A stretch of DNA of 64,000 bases from Enoplolaimus lenunculus. Lineage: Eukaryota. The stretch is from positions 310,001-374,000 of the forward strand of contig JASANG010003005.1 in the NCBI GenBank assembly GCA_030248215.1, written 5' to 3'. Made by a program: the position numbers and the translations under genes. The notes beneath the pieces were generated by a model. That model did no database searches. It was not told the DNA's origin and was given only the letters and a program-made list of their open reading frames with translations. Below are positions 25,676 through 37,852 of the stretch, piece after piece (positions within the stretch are counted from its first letter, which is position 1; the number at the start of each line of letters is the position of its first letter).

Positions 25676-26027
25676 AATAATACCATAGCCGATCGACAAT
25701 ACCATACCCGGTCGATAATACCACAACCGGTCGAAAATACCATAACCGGTCGATAAAATCATAACCGATGGAAAATACCATAACCGTTCGATATTGCCAT
25801 AACCGGTCGAAAATACCATAACCGGTCAAAATACCATAACCGGTCGAAAATACCATAACCGATGGAAAATACCATAACCGGTCGAAAATACCACAACCGG
25901 TCGAAAATACCATAACCCGTCGAAAATACATAACCCGTCGAAAATACCATAACCGGTCGAAAGTACCACAACCGGTCGAAAATACCATAACCGGTCGGAA
26001 ATACCACAACCGCTCGAAAATACAACC
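25676..26027. repeat. 19-bp minisatellite TAACCGGTCGAAAATACCA, about 18 copies
   Basis: Directly visible. It explains the repetitive ORFs 25671-26009 and 25759-26073. Confidence 0.92.
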
Positions 26028-26607
26028 GCGTAGTGAATATAATACGGCCGCCTCGTTTTAGGATTGGCAGCAAACTATTAACCTACCTAACTCATGCAGA
26101 AACTACGTTCCGAAGATTTTGTGTCCAGCCCGCAGCCAGCTCACCTCGCTTTCAAGGGCTAATATTCTTAGGTTAGCCATGTAAGGTTTTGACATGACTA
26201 CAACAAAGGTTGAAACATTTTTCATTTTAGTCTGAACCCCACTGTTCAGTTGAAGTAGTGTGGTTGGCAGGCTGTTCAGCAACATGTTTTTTTCAGAAAA
26301 ATCCTGTCACACTTTGAAATGTATATATTCTAAATTTTCAATTTGTCCCTTGGTACGATTACGGTACACGATAGTCTGATCTTAGCTATCAGATTTGTTC
26401 AAGTTTACCCAATCAGAAATGAATTACGATACGTTTAAAGTTTAAGACGCGTTTGGCTGATAGTTTTCAACAATTTTAAATGACAATAGCCTGAACCTAA
26501 TAATTTCAAGTATTTCAAACATGCGGTTGAACCGAAGATGCCATTGGAGAATATTCAACTAAAAATGTGTATGCTTGTACTTAGATTTTCAAATTTATTC
26601 CATAAAC

Positions 26608-27050
26608 TGTAGTGACCCGAACAAGAGGATGTTAATAAGAGGGGACGTCTCCATGTTGAGACCCAATCAATAGGAGTCCGTATTCCTAATAAGAGTCGGT
26701 AGTGGATAGAGCTGATAAACCCTAATTAGAGTCTCTAAATGTCAATTATTCCTAATTGTAGCGCATAAATGAATCCAGGTCCAAATAATTTGAGTTCGAA
26801 ACTTTAAATCGTACTTAAATTTTGAAAGTACATACCTAAGTATAACCTTGTATTATCGTTCAAGTTATTGATACAAGACAAATAAACGTTTAATTCAAGG
26901 GATAGTTCCAGTACCGGATATATATCAGTGAGGAAGGGTGGCGGAGCGTGGGTTAAAACTAAATAACAGTCCGTAACCGAATAACAAAGGGGGATTCTCT
27001 CTGGAGAGGCCAAATAAATATCAGTCTCCCTCTTATTTGGTTTACTACAG
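26608..27050. mobile_element. CTGTAGTGACCC-TIR MITE
   Basis: Homologous to 7379-7821. Confidence 0.8.
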
Positions 27051-27116
27051 TACCGAAATTTTATAAGTGAACGCCCTAAACGATTTTCTGCAACTTGTGA
27101 CAAAGCAGAAGATAAT

Positions 27117-27385
27117 GGCCCATGTATAGAACAGGGCCGGATCAGTTTCCGGAGGGGCTATCATAGAGTCAGTTTAAGCTTTAGCTGCAACAGAGTTAGT
27201 TTAAGCTTTAGCTGCAACAGAGTTAGTTTAAGCTTTAGCTGCAACAGAGTTAGTTTAAGCTTTAGACTAATTGTTTTGCTGAGGCTTAGGCTTAGGAATA
27301 CGCTCATCCTTACGCTTAGGCTTAGGCTTAGGCTTAGGAATATGCCTAATATACTACTGTTTCGGTCGTGTTCTATACATGGGCC
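27117..27385 (-). mobile_element. TTAGGC-carrying Merlin-like MITE (subtype i) with an internal short tandem triplication, 65 bp upstream of the GST3 ATG
   Basis: GGCCCATGTATAGAAC termini; three tandem copies of GCAACAGAGTTAGTTTAAGCTTTAG. Confidence 0.78.
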
Positions 27386-27450
27386 AAATAGAGTTAGTTT
27401 TACGGGGTATAGTGTAGGGTACTGTACAATCAAATAAACACAGGTGAAAC

Positions 27451-30400
27451 ATGTCCTACAAAATGCGCTATTTTCATGCTCGTGGGAGAATGGAACCCAT
27501 GAAAATGATGTTCGCTTACGCCAAAGTACCGCTTGAGATTGAAGTAGTCGATTTCAAGGATTGGAAGGAAATCAAAAACGGTAAGTGTCAAAGGTTCATG
27601 ACTTAAAAATAAAGTCAATATCTCAGTGGAACCCGAACTTTGAACATCACAGCGTTCGTTTTCAACGTATAACGGGGCTTGGTTTGTTTTAATCATACTA
27701 CGATTGTACAACCGGATGTGTCACTATGACTTCGGGTTCGGCAGAAAATCAACCACAGACTCCGATAGAAGGTTTGTCGGAGGTTTGGACACCAATTTTG
27801 ATGGTGAAATTTTTAGTAAGCCTAAGCCTTAAAGCCTAAGCCTAAGATTCATGCATACTTATGTTACACCCTTTAATGAGTTAGATTAGTGCTGTAAGCT
27901 TCATTTACAGAGCATTTAAAATAAAACTGGTTTAAAAACATATTTAGCCAGACGCATTTTAAAACTTAAGCGGTTTTTGGTTCAACCGGTTAGGGTTGGG
28001 GCTCCTTTAGGGGTGGGCCCCACAAACGGGGGGTATGGGGGTGGCTGCTCCGGCCCTGTTGTTACTATATAATTTTCTTTCACCGCCGCTTCTGGCTCCG
28101 GTTTGAACGAATTTTGTTCGCATTCGGGTTTTTTCAAACTCTGGTTGCTATGTGCCGATTACCGTTGTAGACTATCAATGACCATCACTAGCTTTGATCA
28201 AACGGTCAATGTAAAAAACAAGCCTAAGTCTAAGCCTAACCCAAAGCATAAGCGTAAGAATTAGCATATTCCTGAGCCAAAGACTAAGCCTAAGCCTAAG
28301 CCAAGCAAAAAAATTAGTCTAAAGCTTAAGGTTATTCTATTCTAGCATCACAGAATAACGTGTTGCGCCCCTGATCTTTACATGGTCCGAACAAAAAAGT
28401 CACAAACAGTGCACAGTGGCGTTATTCTTGTTGTTCAGTGACTTTCTGTGCCGTAAATGCAATTGGCATATGAGGCACACGGGGCCGGACGGCGTCAGAC
28501 AACACAGGATGGTGTAGGAATTATTAATTAAAATAGTTAAAAGGATTAGCACCATTGTAAAATTTCAAATTTAGGACGAATTAGATGTCAGCGAAAAATT
28601 CGCGTGCGTATAAAAGGGTCAAATGATTATTAATTTTGTACCAAAATGTATTGTTAGTTTAAACAAGGCAATGAAATTGCAAGTTTTTCAACCTTAAGAT
28701 GTCATGGTAACTTTCCTAATTGGTGGGGCAGTAGTATATACATTGAGTTATTAATTTGACTTTATTCAGATCAGCCATTTGGCAGTTTACCTGTATTTTG
28801 GGCCGATGGTAAAGAATTGTGCCAAAGTATTGCGATTATGCGCTTTGTTGCTCACAAGTTTGGTACGTTGTTTGGTTAAAATGATTTAGTAATGTAAATA
28901 TTAATAACTTAGTATTGCGGAAAGTGTTTTTGCTGTTTAAAATCAAATAAATAACAGAACAACATTTCTAAAACTCTATTGAATACGACAATTTCTTCCG
29001 TTGGAATTTTGCGTAAATTTCTCCCAAAATTTTGCGTTAAAACCGTCAGCGTTTGCTGCATTCGCTTTTATTAATTATTTGGTTTAAGCTGCTACTCATT
29101 TACAGCTTCAATTGCCAGGAGACCAAAGGTTTTTTGGCTTCTGTGTGTTTCTGGTGTACGCATGTCGACGTTGCATAATCAATGATAAACTTATTTGATC
29201 AGAACATATACTGTGTCATCAATTAGAAATTAAAATTTAGGTTCTGAACTTTTACACGATGCGGGGAATTTCAGCTTTATTTATATAGATTTAGCGTGCG
29301 TATGTGCGCAGGTTGCATCGAATTGCTGGCCCATGTTACTTTAAGGGGTGTCCACGTTTCAGGTGGGTCTACAAAAGAGTAGGTTTAGATTCTAGATTAC
29401 ATTTCTTTGCTTAGGCTTAGGCTTAGGCTTAGGCGTAGGCTTAGGCTTAGGCTTATTCTTAGAAACACATTTTTGCAACGCTTAGGCTTAGGCTTAGGCT
29501 TAGGCTTATTCTTTAGGAACACATTTTTGCAACGCTTAGGCTTAGGCTTAGGCTTGGGAATAGGCTTAACCTAATGTTACGCCCCTTAAAGTAACATGGC
29601 CCAAATTGGTCATAGATGCAATTTTCACTTGATCTCCTGATTGGTTTATTCTTTTAGGGCTCGCTGGAAATGACGCATGGGAGTGTGCCGTTGCGGATAT
29701 GTACGTTGACGGATATTACGATTTTTTCAACACTCTCTCCAAAGCTTTTATATCACATCTGTTCGCTGGAGATATGGCAAAAGCAGTAAATGATTACACT
29801 TTTGACAAAAACGTATAGTATCGCTGAGATGTTATAGAGCTCAAATACAGAAAAATATATGAAGTTTAAGCTCGTTATACGAAACAGCCAACACAAGCCG
29901 ACGAATAGGATTTTGACGGAAAAATCAAATAGTAACAAATGGACCTCAATGATTTATGATGCACAGTAAAATGTAAGGTATAACATCTACGGTTAAATGC
30001 TAAATTTTTCCGCTTTGAAGTGGTAAATACTGCATTGGTGAGACAAACATGTTTTTAAATCCATGGATCTTAAATATTTAGCCAATAATGGCGTACCCGC
30101 ACTGATACCGTTTAGACTGGCTGTTCTCCATCAGATCCGAAGCTAAAAAGCTTATGTATCCTAGATACTGACGCCAAAAATGCTTCAGTGTTTGGAATGC
30201 ATCTTTTTGGCTTGGGATCTGAGGGAGAACATTCGGTCTAAACGGTTTCATAAAAGCTTCAGTGTTCGGGACACTACCCTCTCAAAAGCTGCTTTCAGTA
30301 CGCATGTTATTGTAGAAGTGGTATAAGTTAGAGCGAGTATTTTGAACTACTACATTGAATTGAATGTAGAATGTAAACAATAATGTCATAAATATAACTA

Positions 30401-31370
30401 GTATGCCAGCTTTGCTCAATGCACAAAAGTTAGCGAAAGCACAAAAATTTCCATGCAAATGTTTTTTTCATAGACCAATCACGTGTATTTCCTGTGAAAT
30501 TATATTGTAAACAAAGTAATGCTGGAAAGTTGCCGAAAATACGTGTGTGGGAAGTTTCACCTTTAATATATAGATTACACTAACGAAAAGTCTGTTTGTC
30601 TTGCTCTTTAGAGAGAAGTATTTGCCGAAAAGCACAAAGAGCTCGTCGAACCATTTCTTGATCGATACGAATCTTTTCTGAGCCGAAATGGAGGCATATG
30701 GTTCGTTGGTTCAAAGGTATAAAGAGACCAGTTTATAATTTGCTGGCTTTTACATGTTAGTAGTCACAAACATTTCAAGCCAGGTACATATTTCAAGCGA
30801 CTGACAAGAATAGTGAAAATGCATCTGGGTGAGTCAAATATATGATGCCTCAGCGCTCAGTGCGTCCACTCTGGCAACGGGGTTTGTGTAGGCACGGTCA
30901 TTTGAATACGGATATTATATTTTATACAAAACGTATCTTATACTCACTAAAATATACTTAAAATTATTAGTAAAACTGTTGCCGAATTAAGTGTTGGTTT
31001 TACCAAGAGTAGATGATGTGCATACAGACCCCACTAAACAAGGGCGTAGGCCAAAAACGCAACGCGTGCCGGGTACAAATTTTATTGTGTTGACAGAAAT
31101 CACCCAGGTATGTGGAAAAGCATTTGTGAAATTTATTACAATTAATATCTAGAAAATGGGTAATATTTGGCACAGTTTGAAACTTTATTATACTTGCAGG
31201 TCACATGGGTTGATTTTGCAATCGCTGAATTAATGCAACGATATCAAGAATTATTCGATGCAAATTTGCTCAGAAATTATCCAACCCTCAAAGCACATGA
31301 GACGCGGGTGTTTTCACTTCCTGGAGTTAAAGAATACATTGCATCGCGAAGCCGGGACTTGTTCTATTGA
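27451..31370 (+). CDS. Sigma-class glutathione S-transferase, copy 3 (5 exons, 208 aa)
   Basis: Exons 27451-27580, 28770-28862, 29658-29785, 30612-30716 and 31200-31370; GT-AG, in frame. Exon 1 is missed by the ORF track. Confidence 0.93.
29328..29602 (-). mobile_element. TTAGGC-carrying Merlin-like MITE (subtype ii) in GST3 intron 2
   Basis: GGCCCATGTTACTTTAAGGGG left end; long TTAGGC runs with an internal duplication. Confidence 0.8.
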
Positions 31371-31480
31371 ACTTGGACGCTTATAAATTAATAATAACTT
31401 ATTTGATTAGTCTTACTTCGATTTTTTTAAAACAAATCTGTTAGTTGTAAAATTTGATTACTTCAGCAACTATTAATGCA

Positions 31481-31689
31481 CAGTGCAAAAAATGGTGAGT
31501 CAAATTGACTTTCTCTGAAATGGGCTCTACAGGGCTACACAAACTGAGTCAAATTCGACTCCGCTACAGTCAAATTTGACTCACTAAGTGGCGCGTTTGA
31601 CTCTGACTGAGTCGAATTTGACTATGTTTGTGTAGTCCCTTGGAGCCTATTTCGGAGAGAGTCAATTTGACTCACTATTTTTTGCAGTG
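31481..31689. mobile_element. CACTG-family palindromic MITE just 3' of GST3
   Basis: CA dinucleotide on both sides; GAGTCAAATT(C/T)GACTC internal palindromes. Confidence 0.78.
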
Positions 31690-32495
31690 CATACATATAC
31701 GTAGGTATCTCTAAGTGAATGCAATGCTTTATTTTTCTTTCTGTCAAAATTCGCAGCGAGAACGATGTGGTTTGATCCGAAATGATTTACGGAGTAATGA
31801 CATCAAGTGTATAAATTTGAACGACTACGCTAAAAAATGATTTCTAAATCCCTATTCACACGTGCAAGTTTTTGCAGTAAAAACTTGCACGTGCAACTTG
31901 TATGTGCAAGTTTACACACAAAGCAACTGTGAAGTTCGTGCAGCTACAAATTATTCACTGTAATTCACGTTATTTAATTTATTTCGCACCTGTGAACGCG
32001 GTTGCAAGTCGCTTGAATTGCAGTTTAAATGGTCAATCGGAATGATCCTTTAAAAACACTTGCAGCTGCAAGAAACTCGCGCAAGTTGTAGCTGCGAGTT
32101 TTCACTGCAAAAACTTGCACGTGTGTGAATGGGGCTTAAATCTTCAAGAAACGGTAGCCTGCATGATTAATGTTCCACACTGGAGAAACTTAATTATCTG
32201 GACGCTACATTTTTATTTGATTAATATCTGACAATAGCCAAGTCTACAGTACCAATGCTGGCAGAATGCTAAAAAAGTTATAAACTTTGAAACTAAACGA
32301 TACAAAAAATAACAAATGATAACCATATGAAATTTTGAAATTTTAAGTTATCACATTCGGTCTCTGTTTGTTAATTTCGCCGTAAAGATAATGGATAAGA
32401 CAATTAATTACCTTTTAGAACCTTCATAATTCTGTTATTCTTGGAACGGCTGCGAACAGCGGCGCACGGCAATGTTAAGTAAAGTACAACTTTTA

Positions 32496-33167
32496 CACAC
32501 AAAATTAAATTGTCTTTATATTTAAGAAATATTGTCTGAAATTTTAAGACAATTATGTCTTAATAACCTGGACTCCAGACATATATGTTTTGAATTGCAG
32601 ACTATTATTTCTTAAATTTTTCAGAAGTATTGGTCTGAAATTTAAAAATTTTGTTTCATGAACGGTTAAGACAAAGGTTTCTGAAATATGACGCATTATT
32701 CTGAAATTCAAGACAAATATGTTTGAAGTACAAGACAAAGATTTTCCAGGAAAACGACTCCAAAATTAAGGTCTACACTTCAACCAGATACGCGAATTTT
32801 ACAAACTGTGATACGTCCAAGACGTAAACTTAGGTTGGGCGGAGCCTGAGCTCATCCTGAAATATGCGTGAAATTCGATTATTTATATACGCTCCTAAGA
32901 ATATAAATGGAGCCATATTTTTACATAACACAAAAATTGAAAAATTAACACTAGAGCATAAGACAACTATTTTTTTAAATTAACAAATTTATGTCTTATA
33001 AATTGGCAACACTGGTTTTTTGAATATAACACATTAATGTTTTAACCATTTCAGACACGAATTTCTGAGTTGTTTAAGGCTATTAATGTCTCAAATACGA
33101 GACAATTATGTCTTTAAAATTTAACAATTTAAAAGTCTCGAAATTTTAAGACAATTTATTTTGTGTG
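32496..33167. mobile_element. 672-bp non-autonomous TIR element with CACACAAAAT termini
   Basis: TA|CACACAAAATTAAATTGTCTT...AAGACAATTTATTTTGTGTG|TA; AAGACA-rich subterminal repeats. Confidence 0.7.
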
Positions 33168-36100
33168 TACTGCAAAACTGTATAAGCTAGAAACAAAAAA
33201 CATTTTGTTGCACAATCGATGCTTGTTCAATTCGGACATAATTATGCATTGCTGACAAAAAATTTTAAACATAACGTGTTTTTGTCTTTATTTTACAAAT
33301 TTTATCCCACAAAAGTATTTTCAGTGGCAAATCTGAAAAGTTTTTGTGATATTTAAAACAATTTTTCTAAAAATAACTGGAAAACGTTATTTTTGAGACT
33401 TTATTTCAAAACTTTTTTGAAAAAGTTTCTGTTATAACAAAATACTTTTCAAGTGCACTTTGCTAATTATGTTTCTTAAATGTAAGAAATTTATACGATT
33501 TTGCGTGTTTTGAAGAATAATTCTGCTGATAGCCCTTCATTTTTAGGAATTCTGTCAAAGCCGAGACACGATTAATAAGCTTTTCGCGTTTCGAACAGCA
33601 TCAATGATAACATTTTTTAAGATAAGCACAAAAAGTTTGGATTTTTTACACGATTAATACGGATGGTGTAATGATTAATACATTAATAAGATACCTAATA
33701 CTAAATGCTGATAAGGCTGTTAAAATAATGCAGTATATATTATTTTTGAAACTTTAAGGATAGAAGCAAATAATTGGACTTGAAATTTATTTTAAAGCTT
33801 TATCAGATTTCTTTGTTCGCATACTACATTCTATAAAAGTGTGGTGTTGAAAGGTTGGCCCACGTTACTTTAAGGGGCGTCCAGGTTTCTGGTAGGTCTA
33901 TAAAAGAGTAGGTTTCGATTCCAGATTACATTTTTGCTCGGGCTTTAGGCTTAGGCTTATCGTTAAGCTTAGGAACGCATTTTTGCAACGCTTCGGTTTA
34001 GGCTTAGGCTTAGGAATACGCTTAATCTATGTTATTTGTTTCTGTTTAATTAAGGTTTGCAAACGTTGTTTCAAAACGTTCCATCCTTGTAACTGACATT
34101 CAAATTTATATAATATTTTATAAAGCATGCGTTTATTATAAATGGGCACCGGATATCCGGATATCCGGAATATCCGAAATGCTATTGTGTAAACAAATTT
34201 TTTGAATAATTTACATTGTTTCACTACTAAAGTAACAGGAGCTGACGAAAAAAATTCGGTATTCAAACCGCATTTAGAATATTGAACTAAATTCTTGACG
34301 ATTTTTTGTGAGTAGATTTGGAATTTTCGGTGTATATTGTTTGTAAAATTTAGAACAGTTTGACTGTTGTCTTTTTACAATCATACTGACAGAAAAGTTG
34401 TTATAATTCAGTGTGATATTCAAAACATTTCTTTTCTTACATCTCGCTGGATACTAAGCTTGGTCCTTCGGTGGACATTGTGTATGAAAAGTAGTTTAGT
34501 ATTCGAATGCTTCGACGTTTGAGTTTGTATACTTAAGATGACGCTACTTTTGATGGCGTCTGGCGCATTCCGTCACCGTCACGGTACAGCACTGTACCGC
34601 AAACCACATGAATTTCTACCTGGCATCGCTAACCAATTCCTAAACAAAATTATTTCACTTACACTGTCGTACGGCGTCAGATGTCGCCGCACGACAAGTT
34701 TAGCGGCACCCATTACAAAATTAAAATGTAATTGAAATCATCAGTGGAGGTTATATGTGGAACCAAATCGGCAATATGTTCCGATATATTAAGATCAGAG
34801 TGGGTCCAGAAGGTTTGAATCAATATTACTTTAGCCTAAGCCCAAGCAAAAACAGTCTAAAAATAAGCCTAGTCTATTTTGGTTCGGTGAGAAGGTGGGC
34901 GCTAGCGGATCCAGAAAGGGGCGGGCGGGCGTACACTCCTCTTCAGAATTTTTTTGTAATAAAATGATAAGGTCACTCTACCTTACAATTCTATCCCTCA
35001 CTATCCGGCAAGAATTGATGGATATCCGGATATGAAAAAATATGCGATGCCCATCACTGTCAGTTATAACAAGAGTGCATAATACAAGAGTGTGCAACTC
35101 TTGGGGTTTCGCGTGGTACAAAATGTACCAGCCGGCGTTGTGTTTTTGTCTGACCCCACTTAGTTTAGAGAGGGGTCGTTGTCACATGCAATAAACATAT
35201 ATCAAACCATAAAGGGATCATGTTTGACACCGCATACATAAAGTGTCCTGGTTTGCACCGGTTGCTGCTCCTCTAAATAAATGGGGTATGGCAAAAAACG
35301 CAACGCGTGCCAGGTTCATTCTTTTCTACGCAGAATGTACCTTGTTGCATACTCTTGTTGAAGTACAATCATTTCATCTTGAACTTTAGCGTTTTTGTTG
35401 AATTCGGAATAACAGTCGAAAGTGCACAGGACATAAATTACAAGCGGTTTCGTATAATGCACCTGTTGGTACATCAGACCTTACAAGATGGTTTTATCTG
35501 ACCACGCATATTTTGTGGGCAACTGTAAACCTAAAACAGCGTCTCTACACTAAGGGCGTTGCCAGGGTGGGGTATCAGGAGTCAAACCCTCGTCAGGATT
35601 TTTATAAAAGAATTTATAGACTACTTTTTTAGTTTGGTTGCACAAGAAACCCACTTGAATTTTTATGGACCGTCACCCTTTTCACGTGATCCACGAAGGC
35701 TTTGTATGACATGTCGGCTATAATCATCAGGTACAAAGGCGCCATGGTAACAAGTGAGTAAACGTTTCAGGCCAAATTTTGCATTTAATACAAATTCGGC
35801 AGTTGTAATTTCGGCTAAAAATTGTGTTTAGGCGTTAACTAAAGATTTCTACGCATAAGCTCGTTCAGCTATTTGTTCAAATAACAGTCCGTAACCGAAT
35901 AGCAAGGGGGGACCCTCTGGGGAAGCCAAATAAATATCAGTCTCTCCTGCTCATTCGGGTCACTACAGTATGCTTGAACTGTTAATCTGTAAAATCATTG
36001 TGTAATCGGATAGTAAAAACAACGGAAACGGAAACAAATAAAACGATCAAAATAACGGAAGCGGAAAACGGATATTGAAGTACAAAAGTTTCAAATGTTT

Positions 36101-36482
36101 TATTTTGCTGCCAATGCATTTGAGGCATGCAAATATTGACCGGGCTTTTTAAAATTTTGAAGAAAAAAGCCGATGCACCAATAATGTTAAAATTTTGGAT
36201 ATGCAGCAAATTTCTAATTAAAAATTGCTAGATGTATATGCCATGTTAAAAAATTTTGAGCGCAAAATAAGAGAATTTTCGGTATTTCTATAACGGACAC
36301 GGAAACAGTTACCGATTTATACCGGAAACAGATATCTGGTTATACCCTGTCTGTAAGATATCAAATTTGATCTGCACTTCAGCATATCTTTAGTAGGAAA
36401 TTAAGTACGTTTTAAAAACGAGAATATGGTTAAGAAATTACTTAGCACGGAACTTAAGCACTATTAAGTCTTACTAAAGTAT

Positions 36483-37041
36483 TGTAGTGACCCGAATAAG
36501 AGGGGGGAGTGATATTTATTTGGCCTCTCCAGAGGGTACCTTCCCTGTTATTCTGTTACAGACTGTTTATTTTTAACCCGCCCTTCGCCGTCTTTCGCTA
36601 CTGACATATATGCGGTGTTACAACTATCCCTTAAATTAAACGTATATTGGTCTTGAATCAAAAGCTTGACCGAGAATGCAATGATTTACCCTCAAACTTA
36701 TAATTGACATTTATGGACTCTAATTAGGGTTTAGGGACTATACACCGTAAAAAATGGGGAGTCCCATTGACTCTCTCGGAAATAGGCTTTTCCTGACTAC
36801 ACAAACTGAGTCAAATTTGACTCTGGAGTCAAATTCGATTCACTGTTGACTCTGGTGGGGTCAAATTTTGACTCAGTTTGTGTAGTCAGGAAAAGCCTGT
36901 TTCCGAGAGAGTCAATTTGTCTCTGCTTATTTTACAGTGTATCCGCTTACGGACTTTTATTTGGGATACGGGCTCCAATTGATTGGGACTTAAAATGGGG
37001 ACCCCCTTTTATTACCCCACCTCTGATTCTGGTCACTACAG
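36483..37041. mobile_element. CTGTAGTGACCC-TIR MITE with a nested CACTG-ended MITE (36743-36939)
   Basis: Host sequence GGGACT(C)TATCCGCTTACGG is split by the insert, with TA duplicated. Confidence 0.8.
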
Positions 37042-37852
37042 TACGGTTTCAGGAACCCAGCTACCATCAGATGTAAAGCTAGACAAACATCCTGTCATTG
37101 TCAATTTTATCTAGAATTTTTCACTCAACCGCTGAGCGTAGACACCCTAAGATAATATTTTATTTTCAAAAAACGAGTTTTTGAGCAGAAACCAGCTGAT
37201 GAAAATACGTTTGGTCGCAATTATTTTCAGTTTTCAACGTAACGTATTTTATACTGCAATTTAGCGTTTTTAGTTACAGTTTACAACTGCGTAAACACTT
37301 TTTATCTGTACGTAAAAACATTGCTTAGATTTTAGTGCATCTACGGCAAAGTATTAATAATCTAAATTGGATCCAATTATGTTTTGGTTCAAGTCTAAAT
37401 TAGTATTTTGAAAATACTGTAGGAAAAGTGTTTAGCGCAAGTATATATAATACGGTAGTTTACTGAAAATTACTTTAAACCGGTTAAGATTTAAAATTTA
37501 AAAAACGGAATTGAAAACGGTTTCATATTTCAAATTTTAAACGAAAAGTCTAGAATAAATATATTGTCAAAGGTACACTGCAAAAAATGCTTAGGCTTAC
37601 GCTTAGGCTTAGGAATATGCTTATAATACTGTTCCGCCCCTACATTGGCCAGCATAATATTCAAAAAGAAACGCATATCTGACCACAATTGAGTTTCGCA
37701 TTCTTATTTCATATTCTAATACGTCCGGTTATTAGAGATCAGAATATATCAAAGTGTATACTTTATTAGCGTTCGCTAAAACGAGTTCAGTAAATGTTAA
37801 GCGATATTATCTTGTGAACATATTGGTAATAAATTAACGTATGTTCAGAAGA

